Shown: positions 32,206 through 40,048 of the stretch, in pieces
Numbering within the stretch: position 1 is the stretch's first letter
Layout: each line of letters begins with the position of its first letter
Source: Aquiluna sp.
GTDB taxonomy: Bacteria > Actinomycetota > Actinomycetes > Actinomycetales > Microbacteriaceae
Assembly (NCBI GenBank): GCA_028095925.1
Contig: JAOHCW010000003.1
Span: forward strand, 3,470 to 67,469
DNA: 64,000 nucleotides
Direction of reading: 5' to 3'
The notes under the pieces: generated by a model
The model's database searches: none
Seen by the model: only the letters and a program-made list of their open reading frames with translations
What the model was told of the DNA's origin: nothing
Translations under genes and position numbers: made by a program

Positions 32206-33144
32206 TTGTTACACGTAGCACCTCCAAATCCAGAAACTTCCGTGCACAGCCAGTGGGGCGAGGAAGCGACGGTTCAATGGCTCGTTGAATTCCTGCGCGG
32301 AAAAGCAAGCAAGAATTTCCACAACTCTGTTTTTCTAGAATTTGGAGGCTCGAAAGGGCCGGACAATTCAAATTTCTTCTTCTTGGCGGAGAATGGACAC
32401 AGGGTGGTGTTCATCGAGGGTGAGGATAAGAAGTTTGTCGAGTTGACTACAAACCTCAGCAGGTTCCCAGGAGCCTCGGCGGTTCAAGCCTACGTTGGAT
32501 CGGAAAAGTCTGGCAGAAACCTTGAAAGCTTGTTGAGGACTGAGGGCATCGATCCATTGGATGTAATAGGTCTTTCGGTAGATGTCGATGGTGATGACTT
32601 GTTGCTGTTCGAGGAGCGAGGCCGACTTAACCCTGAATTTGTAATTATTGAGTACAATCCCGACCTTCCCTTTCACATTCCGTTTAGGAATCCTGAGGGT
32701 CGCAACCTGGGTAACTCTCTGGCTGCACTTGGGCAGTGCTTGGAAGAGAGTGGCTACTTTCCCGTTGCCCTCACCACGACCAACGTAATTGCGATGAACA
32801 AGCGCTATTCAGCTGAAGTGCAGGCTATCCGTTTATTTGACGCGTTTATGGGGCAACGACATTACAATTTCGGCCTTGGCTACGACGGCACACTGGTCAA
32901 AGTTGCAAGTGACGGAAGAGACTTGACACAAGAGTTCTATCGAGGCTGGTCCAACTCTGTAATTTTGCAACCCATTCCGAAGTTTCTGCGTGGTTTCTCG
33001 GAGCGTGGGATCTGGAAATCCCGTCTAAGAGCTGTCGCGAGCCTACTCCAAGTCTTCACTTTGAGACCGATTTCTGGAATCAAGTTCGTCCTTAGGCGAA
33101 TCCGAAATCCGAATACTAAGCCAATGTTTTTTTGGAGGTTTTAA
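32206..33144 (+). CDS. FkbM-like SAM-dependent methyltransferase-fold protein
   Basis: SQWGEE, FLEFG, VFIEG, LSVDVDGDD, IIEYNP pattern. Confidence 0.72.
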   Translation: MLHVAPPNPETSVHSQWGEEATVQWLVEFLRGKASKNFHNSVFLEFGGSKGPDNSNFFFLAENGHRVVFIEGEDKKFVELTTNLSRFPGASAVQAYVGSEKSGRNLESLLRTEGIDPLDVIGLSVDVDGDDLLLFEERGRLNPEFVIIEYNPDLPFHIPFRNPEGRNLGNSLAALGQCLEESGYFPVALTTTNVIAMNKRYSAEVQAIRLFDAFMGQRHYNFGLGYDGTLVKVASDGRDLTQEFYRGWSNSVILQPIPKFLRGFSERGIWKSRLRAVASLLQVFTLRPISGIKFVLRRIRNPNTKPMFFWRF

Positions 33145-33145
33145 G

Positions 33146-33757
33146 ATTCTTTCTCATGTCCGTAGGGTTTGGAGAGCTACTCGGGAATTTCTCGACTGGC
33201 AAAGTAGAGCCTGGGCGAGCCCCGCACCAAATTTTGTGAAGCGACGAGTCTTGCGGCGCCACTCGTCTCCATCCGCAACTTGGGTGGAAACTGGCACATA
33301 CTTAGGCGAAACTACTCGCTACCTAGCCCGACTGAAAACTACTGTCATTTCGCTCGAGCCCTCTCCGCATTTTTTTGCAAAATCTTCGCGAGCCCTGAGC
33401 CCACATAAGAATGTGACGGTCGTCTATGGCAGCAGTGAGACCCATCTCGCACAGATCGTAAATGCGTTGGGAGGAGACGTTTGTTTTTGGCTTGACGGCC
33501 ACTACTCCGGCGGACAAACATACAGGGGGGAAACGACATCGCCCATCTTAAATGAGCTTGGCATTATTGCGGATGCCAAGAAGCAATTCAATACCATCCG
33601 AATTCTGGTAGACGACGTTAGGCTGTTTCCGGTGGAGGGTCATGAGGGGGAATCGGGTTATCCTCCACTTCAAACACTCGTCGATTTCGCGCAGGCTCAT
33701 GGTTTTGCCTGGAGCATAGAACACGATATTTTCATCGCCAGCTTTGGTTCTGAGTAA
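33146..33757 (+). CDS. class I SAM methyltransferase-like protein (start uncertain; ORF track starts at GTG 33236)
   Basis: WVETGTYLG.T, SLEP, FWLDGHYSGG, ILVDDVR; frame open upstream of 33236. Confidence 0.7.
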   Translation: MLSHVRRVWRATREFLDWQSRAWASPAPNFVKRRVLRRHSSPSATWVETGTYLGETTRYLARLKTTVISLEPSPHFFAKSSRALSPHKNVTVVYGSSETHLAQIVNALGGDVCFWLDGHYSGGQTYRGETTSPILNELGIIADAKKQFNTIRILVDDVRLFPVEGHEGESGYPPLQTLVDFAQAHGFAWSIEHDIFIASFGSE

Positions 33758-34179
33758 CGGCTTTCAGGTTATGCCCCGGAAGGGGCTGGAAGCTGCGGGC
33801 CACCGGATGAGGTCAGCTGAGGATGGAATTTTCATCTTCTTGCACCGAAGGTGCCCGACAGTGAAGGGCCAAGCGTGAATGAACAAAATAAGCGATAGTG
33901 GCGGGCTGCATAGATAACGGTAATCCCGGCGTGCTCAAGATCTACCTGAAAAAAAAGGGGGGGGTGAGGAATCAGCTTCATTCTCCAATCGTCCGAGAGC
34001 CTTCCCGGGTCATTAGAAACTCGCGAAATGAAGTGAGTCGGGTCGTTTCCGACCTCGGTGTGCAGTTCAGATCCTCATCCGTCGCTACCATGGTGTTGAG
34101 TGGAGTGCGTTGCTTGCCCTTGGCCCATTGTAGGTCGCAAATATTTCTGTTTAACTTAGTGCATGATGAAGGGATCTAA

Positions 34180-35082
34180 TTGGGAAGAAATGTGGATGTC
34201 TTTTTGAGGGGAGGGCTTGGCAATCAGCTCTTTCAATACTCCTTCGGGCTTGAGGCGTCGCTCAGGCTGGGCTTTCCTCTCAAGCTTAGAACTGACTTAT
34301 TGCCGATGTCCCAAGATTCCATTGGACACGTTTCCAGATTTCCTTTTGCGCTAGCGCAGTTAGGCGTGACGGCTTCTAATCGTTGGAACCTGAAACAGCC
34401 TTCAAATGGCACAAGTTTCGTGTCTAAAATTCTTCAATTTCAGAGGGCAGCCGCGGGCACACATTGCGCCCAATTCCTTCGCAGGGGCTTCCTTGCATGC
34501 GAACATAAACATGAATTTCAAGACATTACGTACCCACATTGGATTAATTCTCTGTGCCTACGCTCCGATACTGCGCTTGAGCACCTGCCTATTATTCGCA
34601 AACAGCTGTATAACCTGAAGGACATCGGAGATGACTATAGACAAATGTTGGAAATATCCAGGCGGGTCTCGATACTAGCTGTGCACTTTCGCCAGGGAGA
34701 CTACCTCCGACATCAAACTAAATACGGTTCTCTAAACTTGAATTACTTTCGAGATGCGATTACACCTCATCTCGGTCCTGGAGTTTCAGTGTGGGTTTTT
34801 TCCGATTCAGATTTTACCGAATCTGAGCTGGGAACCGAGCTGTATCGTGAATTTGCCGACAAGTGGATTGGTCCAGATGTTGCTATGACGCCACTGGAAT
34901 TAGTGTCAATCATGGCCAGAGCCAAATATTTTGTGGGTTCGAATAGTACCTTGTCTTGGTGGGTCGGAGTGCTGGGGTACGAAAATTCCAGCAACATTTG
35001 TATGCCGCTTATAAAGGAAGCTCAATCGAATGTGACAACTCAACTTGGAGACATGTCAGGATGGCAAGTGATACCTGTATGA
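34180..35082 (+). CDS. GT11 family alpha-1,2-fucosyltransferase-like glycosyltransferase
   Basis: GGLGNQLFQY, VHFRQGDY, VFSD, NSTLSWW. Confidence 0.88.
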   Translation: MGRNVDVFLRGGLGNQLFQYSFGLEASLRLGFPLKLRTDLLPMSQDSIGHVSRFPFALAQLGVTASNRWNLKQPSNGTSFVSKILQFQRAAAGTHCAQFLRRGFLACEHKHEFQDITYPHWINSLCLRSDTALEHLPIIRKQLYNLKDIGDDYRQMLEISRRVSILAVHFRQGDYLRHQTKYGSLNLNYFRDAITPHLGPGVSVWVFSDSDFTESELGTELYREFADKWIGPDVAMTPLELVSIMARAKYFVGSNSTLSWWVGVLGYENSSNICMPLIKEAQSNVTTQLGDMSGWQVIPV

Positions 35083-35209
35083 GCAAACTCTCTAAGGTTC
35101 GGACAGCTCGTCTTTGCTCCAGCTACGGAGCTGACTGGCTAAAACAGTTTTTCCAGATCCCGGCAGACCGGTAATCCATATCACATCGCCGACAAAACAT
35201 CTCACACCT

Positions 35210-35851
35210 CTAATTCCCATAGAGCCTGTCGCCTGCATCTCCGAGCCCTGGCACTATGTAGCCGATTGCATTGAGTTTCTCATCGAGGGCTGCCAAGTGA
35301 ATGCTTACAGTCCTATCAGGCCAACGTGCAATTACGTGGCTCCTCACGGCTTCAACCCCCTCTGGGGCGCCTAGCAAACAAATGCAGATCGCGCTTTTTG
35401 CTCCACGTTCAAACGCGTAGTCGATTGAGTCATTTAGCGTTCCGCCCGTTGCCAACATTGGGTCAATGAGTATCGCTTGACGTCCAGAGAGATCATCGGG
35501 AAGCCTGTTTGCATAGGTCTCGGGCTGAAGAGTTTCTTCGTTGCGCTTGATGCCAAGAAAGCCAACCTCCGCATCCGGCAAAAGCTTCGTGATTCCGGAA
35601 AGCATCCCTAGCCCAGCCCTCAGGATTGGAATGATAAGCGGGGTTGGCTTCGCCAACTTCACTCCAGTTGTTGTTGTGAGGGGCGTTGTGACCTCGACGT
35701 TCTCTATTGCAAGAGACTTGGTTGCCTCGAAAGTCAGAAGCGTGACAAGTTCCTCTACTAACTGCCTGAATTGGCTGCTTGATGTGTTTACGTCTCTTAG
35801 GAGAGTCACCTTATGGGCAATTAGTGGATGGTCGGCAACAGTGATTTCCAT
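35210..35851 (-). CDS. upp: uracil phosphoribosyltransferase
   Basis: HPLIAHK, PILRAGLGM, DPMLATGG, YIVPGLGDAGDR; start at MEITV. Confidence 0.96.
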   Translation of the reverse strand: MEITVADHPLIAHKVTLLRDVNTSSSQFRQLVEELVTLLTFEATKSLAIENVEVTTPLTTTTGVKLAKPTPLIIPILRAGLGMLSGITKLLPDAEVGFLGIKRNEETLQPETYANRLPDDLSGRQAILIDPMLATGGTLNDSIDYAFERGAKSAICICLLGAPEGVEAVRSHVIARWPDRTVSIHLAALDEKLNAIGYIVPGLGDAGDRLYGN

Positions 35852-35941
35852 GCCATAACTGTAGCTGTAGCGTGGGGTAATATTTAATCGTCGCCTAGTT
35901 CGGAGCCCCGCAGGTGTCAATCAAGCGGAAGGCTCGCCAAA

Positions 35942-36775
35942 GTGCAAATTTCATTTGAGGTCTACCCTCCACGAAAAGAAGAGGATACGCCCAAGCTTCG
36001 CGAGGCAATTTTTCGGCTAACTGAACTAGACCCAAAATTCATTTCAGTTACCTTTGGCGCTGGTGGTTCCAGCACAAGAGATTCCTTGAGCGTTTTGAAG
36101 TTTATTCGGGACAATTCAACCGCGTCTCCTCTTGCACACTTAACCTGCGTCGGGACAACAGAGGCAGATGCCAAGGAGTTGGTTAGCGAGTTCTTAGGCG
36201 AAGGGATTAGTGACTTTCTTGCACTCAGGGGAGACTTGCCTGAGGGTAAGACCCACATGCCACCGGGAACCCTCTCAAGGGCGGACCAGTTGGTCAAGCT
36301 CATCGGAGAGGCGAGGGCCGACAGGCAAGGAATTACTGCCGTAGCCGCCTTTCCAAATGGGCACCCCGAGTCAGGCAAAGATCGCTCGGATATCGCGGCT
36401 TTGCTAGCTAAGCAAGAGGCGGGTGCGAGCTTCGCAATCACGCAACTCTTTTTCTTTGCCGAGGACTACCTAAATTTTCTCTCTCTGGCGAGGAGCAGGG
36501 GTGTGACAATGGACCTAACTCCAGGCATCATGCCGATTGTCTCGCCTAACAGGCTCTCTCGGGTGCTTGAGCTCACGGGGGAGCGCAAGCCTGCGGAGCT
36601 GGCGCAAAGACTTGGGCAGGCGGAGGATGCTGCCTCAAGACGAGAAGTTGGCATTAGTTGGGCAGCCTCGCTGGTGAGAGAGCTTGCTGACGCCGGAACT
36701 GAAGCAGTTCACCTTTACGCATTCAATGAATACGCGAACGTGACTGAGGTTCTCAGGCGAGCCGGGGTTGTTTAG
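35942..36775 (+). CDS. metF: methylenetetrahydrofolate reductase
   Basis: ISFEVYPP, SVTFGAGG, AHLTC, ALRGD, ITQLFF. Confidence 0.93.
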   Translation: MQISFEVYPPRKEEDTPKLREAIFRLTELDPKFISVTFGAGGSSTRDSLSVLKFIRDNSTASPLAHLTCVGTTEADAKELVSEFLGEGISDFLALRGDLPEGKTHMPPGTLSRADQLVKLIGEARADRQGITAVAAFPNGHPESGKDRSDIAALLAKQEAGASFAITQLFFFAEDYLNFLSLARSRGVTMDLTPGIMPIVSPNRLSRVLELTGERKPAELAQRLGQAEDAASRREVGISWAASLVRELADAGTEAVHLYAFNEYANVTEVLRRAGVV

Positions 36776-36788
36776 TTAGAATCTGGCT

Positions 36789-37370
36789 ATGCGGCTAAGC
36801 CAGGAGCTCAAGAGCGTCCCAAACATGCTCAGCATTCTCAGGCTCCTCCTAGTGCCGGTGTTTTTGTGGCTGTTGATCGCTGACCAGTTTCTGATTGCCT
36901 TCCTAGTTCTTATGTTCGCGAGCTTCACCGACTGGCTGGACGGCTTTATCGCCAGGAAGTTCAACCAGATAACCTCGCTAGGCAAAGTGTTGGACCCTTC
37001 TGCCGACAGGCTCTTCATTCTTGCGACTCTGATTGGGCTGACTGTGAATGAGATCATTCCTGCATGGCTCGCAATAGTGATTGTCGCAAGGGATGTGCTA
37101 TTGCTGATTGGTTATCCAATTTCGGCATCCCATGGCTATGGTCCGCTCCCGGTCCATTTCTTGGGCAAGGCTGCGACCTTTGCGCTTCTCTATGCGCTTC
37201 CGCTTCTGCTCCTGGCAGATGTGTGGCCGAGCGCTGAGGCGGTGATTCTCCCGCTCGCCTGGGGCTTCGCCTACTGGGGAATTGGTCTGTATTGGGTGGC
37301 GGGATTTGTATACCTAGCTCAACTTCGACAATTGATTTCCCTTGAGAGGCGTTCATCCCCTAACATTTAG
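36789..37370 (+). CDS. CDP-alcohol phosphatidyltransferase (PgsA2-like)
   Basis: PN.LS..R, D.LDG.IAR...Q.T.LG..LDP.AD. Confidence 0.92.
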   Translation: MRLSQELKSVPNMLSILRLLLVPVFLWLLIADQFLIAFLVLMFASFTDWLDGFIARKFNQITSLGKVLDPSADRLFILATLIGLTVNEIIPAWLAIVIVARDVLLLIGYPISASHGYGPLPVHFLGKAATFALLYALPLLLLADVWPSAEAVILPLAWGFAYWGIGLYWVAGFVYLAQLRQLISLERRSSPNI

Positions 37371-37387
37371 TCTCTAGGGGAGGCTAA

Positions 37388-37804
37388 ATGTCCAGGGAAT
37401 CAGGCAGTGAGGACACCGCTAGATTCGCTAGCGACATCGTCTCTCAAAACTCTCCAGTTTTACTCCCAGAAGAACTCGAGGCTGTTGCAGCGTTGCCGGC
37501 GAATTCCGCCCTATTGATTGTCCATCGCGGACCGGGGCAGGGCTCTCGTTTTCTTCTCGACCAAGACCTCACGGTCGCAGGTCGCCACCCTGAGGCTGAC
37601 ATTTTCCTGGACGACGTCACTGTTTCTCGTCGTCACGCGCAATTTTTGCGCGAGGGCAGGACCTTCACAGTCAGCGATATGGGTTCAATGAATGGAACCT
37701 ACGTAGATGGTCAGAGCACTGAGACCCAGCAGCTCATCACAGGCATGGAAGTGATGATTGGCAAGTTCCGGCTCACCTTCTACGCATCAGAGAAGGATCG
37801 CTAG
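37388..37804 (+). CDS. garA: FHA domain protein, GarA/OdhI-like
   Basis: AGRHP..DIFLDDVTVSRRHA, GS.NGTYV, IGKFRL. Confidence 0.85.
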   Translation: MSRESGSEDTARFASDIVSQNSPVLLPEELEAVAALPANSALLIVHRGPGQGSRFLLDQDLTVAGRHPEADIFLDDVTVSRRHAQFLREGRTFTVSDMGSMNGTYVDGQSTETQQLITGMEVMIGKFRLTFYASEKDR

Positions 37805-38485
37805 ATGGAGAATGCTGTTCGCAAGCTCCAAGACCACCGGAAGCTCTACACAATCGGTCAGGTGTTGACGGTACTGAAGCCCGAGTTTGGAGACCTCTCA
37901 CCCTCAAAGCTGAGGTTCTTGGAGGACCAGGGTCTTGTCACTCCCGAGAGAACCGATGCCGGTTATCGCAAATACTCGGAAAACCAAATCGAGAGGCTAC
38001 GCGTCTTACTCACCCTGCAGCGGGACCAATACCTACCTCTTAAGGTCATCAAGGAATACCTCGCGGAGCTAGATGCCGGCAGGCAGCCACTTCTGCCGAC
38101 AGCGAGCCCAGCATCACTTCGCAGGGGTCAGCGCTTTTCAACTGCTCAGCTCAAGGCAGAGACATCGCTGAGCGACCAGGCCTTCAAAGAGGGAGCTGAG
38201 CTTGGGCTGTTTGGTGCCCAACCGCATTCTTCTCACGAGGTCGAGATTGCGTTTGCTCTGGTGGCGCTCGAGCAGTTTGGAATACAGCCAAGGCACTTGA
38301 GGGGACTAAAGTCCGCCGCCGAGCGTGAGGTGGGGATTATCACGGGTGTGACGGAGCCGGTGGTTAGGAAGAAGGCACCAGATTCTGCAGCCAAGGCGGG
38401 ACATATTGCCAGGGAGATAGCAGAGCGTTTTGGCGCCATCCGAGCACATTTGATTGCCGAAGCAGTCGAGGAAATCGAAGGCTAG
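37805..38485 (+). CDS. MerR family regulator (FtsR-like)
   Basis: SKLRFLE..GL..P.RT..GYR, QRD.YLPL.VI; follows garA. Confidence 0.87.
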   Translation: MENAVRKLQDHRKLYTIGQVLTVLKPEFGDLSPSKLRFLEDQGLVTPERTDAGYRKYSENQIERLRVLLTLQRDQYLPLKVIKEYLAELDAGRQPLLPTASPASLRRGQRFSTAQLKAETSLSDQAFKEGAELGLFGAQPHSSHEVEIAFALVALEQFGIQPRHLRGLKSAAEREVGIITGVTEPVVRKKAPDSAAKAGHIAREIAERFGAIRAHLIAEAVEEIEG

Positions 38486-38508
38486 CGACACGCCGAAGGG
38501 TTTCTTGA

Positions 38509-38533
38509 AACCTTAAAGTAGAACTTGAAGGCA
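38509..38533. promoter_or_regulatory. imperfect palindrome, candidate FtsR/MerR operator
   Basis: CCTTAAAGT-AGA-ACTTGAAGG next to -35-like TTGAAA. Confidence 0.55.
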
Positions 38534-38565
38534 GAATTGGCACCTGTCCAAAGATAGGAGGCATT

Positions 38566-39078
38566 GTGGATCACGAAATACCGATGCTTTTTGATGACGG
38601 CCTGCCAGCCACCGACGTTGGTTATCGCGGTGCATCTGCTGCAGCTGCCGCTGGCATCTCCTATCGCCAGCTTGACTACTGGGCAAGAACCGAGCTAGTT
38701 GAGCCATCGATCCAGACCGCAACAGGCTCTGGCTCCCAGAGACTTTATTCTTTCCGCGACATTCTGGTTCTCAAACTAGTGAAGAGACTTCTGGATGCGG
38801 GAGTCTCTCTTCAGCAGATACGCGTTGCGGTTGAGCAGCTTCACGAGGCTGGAGTTTCAGATCTAACAAACACAACTTTGATGTCTGACGGTGTGACGGT
38901 TTATCTCTGCACCTCCCAGGATGAGGTCATTGACCTTCTCGGTCAGGGTCAGGGAGTCTTTGGAATTGCGATTGGCCGAGTGCTTCGCGAGGTGGAGGCG
39001 ACCTTGGTCGACTTTGCCGCCGAAGAGGCTCAGGTTCAGGACGAACTAGCGCTTCGCAGGGCTAGGAAGATTTCCTAA
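38566..39078 (+). CDS. MerR family regulator (Rv1830-like)
   Basis: GISYRQLDYWART, GSGSQRLYSF.D, GQGVFGIA. Confidence 0.9.
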   Translation: MDHEIPMLFDDGLPATDVGYRGASAAAAAGISYRQLDYWARTELVEPSIQTATGSGSQRLYSFRDILVLKLVKRLLDAGVSLQQIRVAVEQLHEAGVSDLTNTTLMSDGVTVYLCTSQDEVIDLLGQGQGVFGIAIGRVLREVEATLVDFAAEEAQVQDELALRRARKIS

Positions 39079-39985
39079 AGCTAAACCAGCGGCGTTTTTT
39101 CTCTGCTCTTCTGGAGCTGGGGACCTCTTCAACCTCAACCATCTCGGTAATGCTTTGACCCCTTATTGAGCGGTCAACTACTCCCGCTCTGGCCTTTCGA
39201 ACCGGTGTTGAGGAAAGCTCGCTTAGTGCCCCAGCAAGAAGCCAGTCGAAACCCTTGGCTATTTCTGAAGCGCCTTCCGCGGGCCAGGAGTGGATCGGTC
39301 TTGCGGCTCCGGTGGACTGCTGAACAGCGGCTCGCTCTTCGAAAAATGGCATTAGTAGCTGGTCACCAAACATGTCCCTGAGCTCCTTGAGCCGGTACTC
39401 GTGTTCGTGGGACTGGGTGCGGAACCTATTCACGACCACACCAAAGAGCTGGAGTCTTGGCGATAGCTTCGCGCTGATCTCGACAATGGCCTTTCTTGCC
39501 CTGTCGGCCGCAATCACGGAGTAAAGCCCAGGCTCTGTCACCAAAATAACTCGGTCCGAGGCAACCCATGCGGTTCTGGTTAGGGCATTGATAGACGGGG
39601 GAGTATCTATGATTACAAGGTCATATTCATCTTCGATGCTCGCGAGGACCTCCTCAAGCCTCCAGACATCGGAGACTGAGGGTGCCGGGTTATCGAGCAG
39701 TAGTGATCTCGGGCTTCCCACCAGCACGTCCATCTTTGAGTCTCGATGCCAGGCCGAGGGAACAATTGCCCGCCTCAGGTTTTGAAGTTTGGGGCTTTGG
39801 AGCACCTCGGCAACAGAAAACCCCTGATCGGAGGGTGCTGCAAGGCCGCTAGTTGCGTCGCACTGCGGGTCTAGGTCAATAACTAAAGTGTTGAGACCTT
39901 TGTTCAGTGCTGCGGAGGCTAGGCCCAACGCAACCGTGGTTTTTCCCACGCCACCCTTGAGGGAGCTCACACTCAGCACGTGCAT
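39062..39985 (-). CDS. ParA family ATPase
   Basis: SLKGGVGKTT, DLDPQ, IDTPPS. Confidence 0.88.
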   Translation of the reverse strand: MHVLSVSSLKGGVGKTTVALGLASAALNKGLNTLVIDLDPQCDATSGLAAPSDQGFSVAEVLQSPKLQNLRRAIVPSAWHRDSKMDVLVGSPRSLLLDNPAPSVSDVWRLEEVLASIEDEYDLVIIDTPPSINALTRTAWVASDRVILVTEPGLYSVIAADRARKAIVEISAKLSPRLQLFGVVVNRFRTQSHEHEYRLKELRDMFGDQLLMPFFEERAAVQQSTGAARPIHSWPAEGASEIAKGFDWLLAGALSELSSTPVRKARAGVVDRSIRGQSITEMVEVEEVPSSRRAEKKRRWFSFRKSS

Positions 39986-40048
39986 TGAATTAGGCTAATG
40001 GTTTATGTGCCCTATTCCCTTAGGGCGCCTGTGTTTCAGTGAGGTTGG

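Larger units (their letters stand above)
24153..35200. mobile_element. accessory island at tRNA-Pro(GGG): tandem cassette array (24153-31846) plus glycan-modification genes
   Basis: three tRNA 3' fragments, repeated ~170 bp elements, non-core cargo; core genes resume at upp; right boundary approximate. Confidence 0.8.

Noticed and set aside
33898..34179. 93-aa ORF as a real gene
   Set aside because: No recognisable motifs or RBS; crosses the A8G8 tract.
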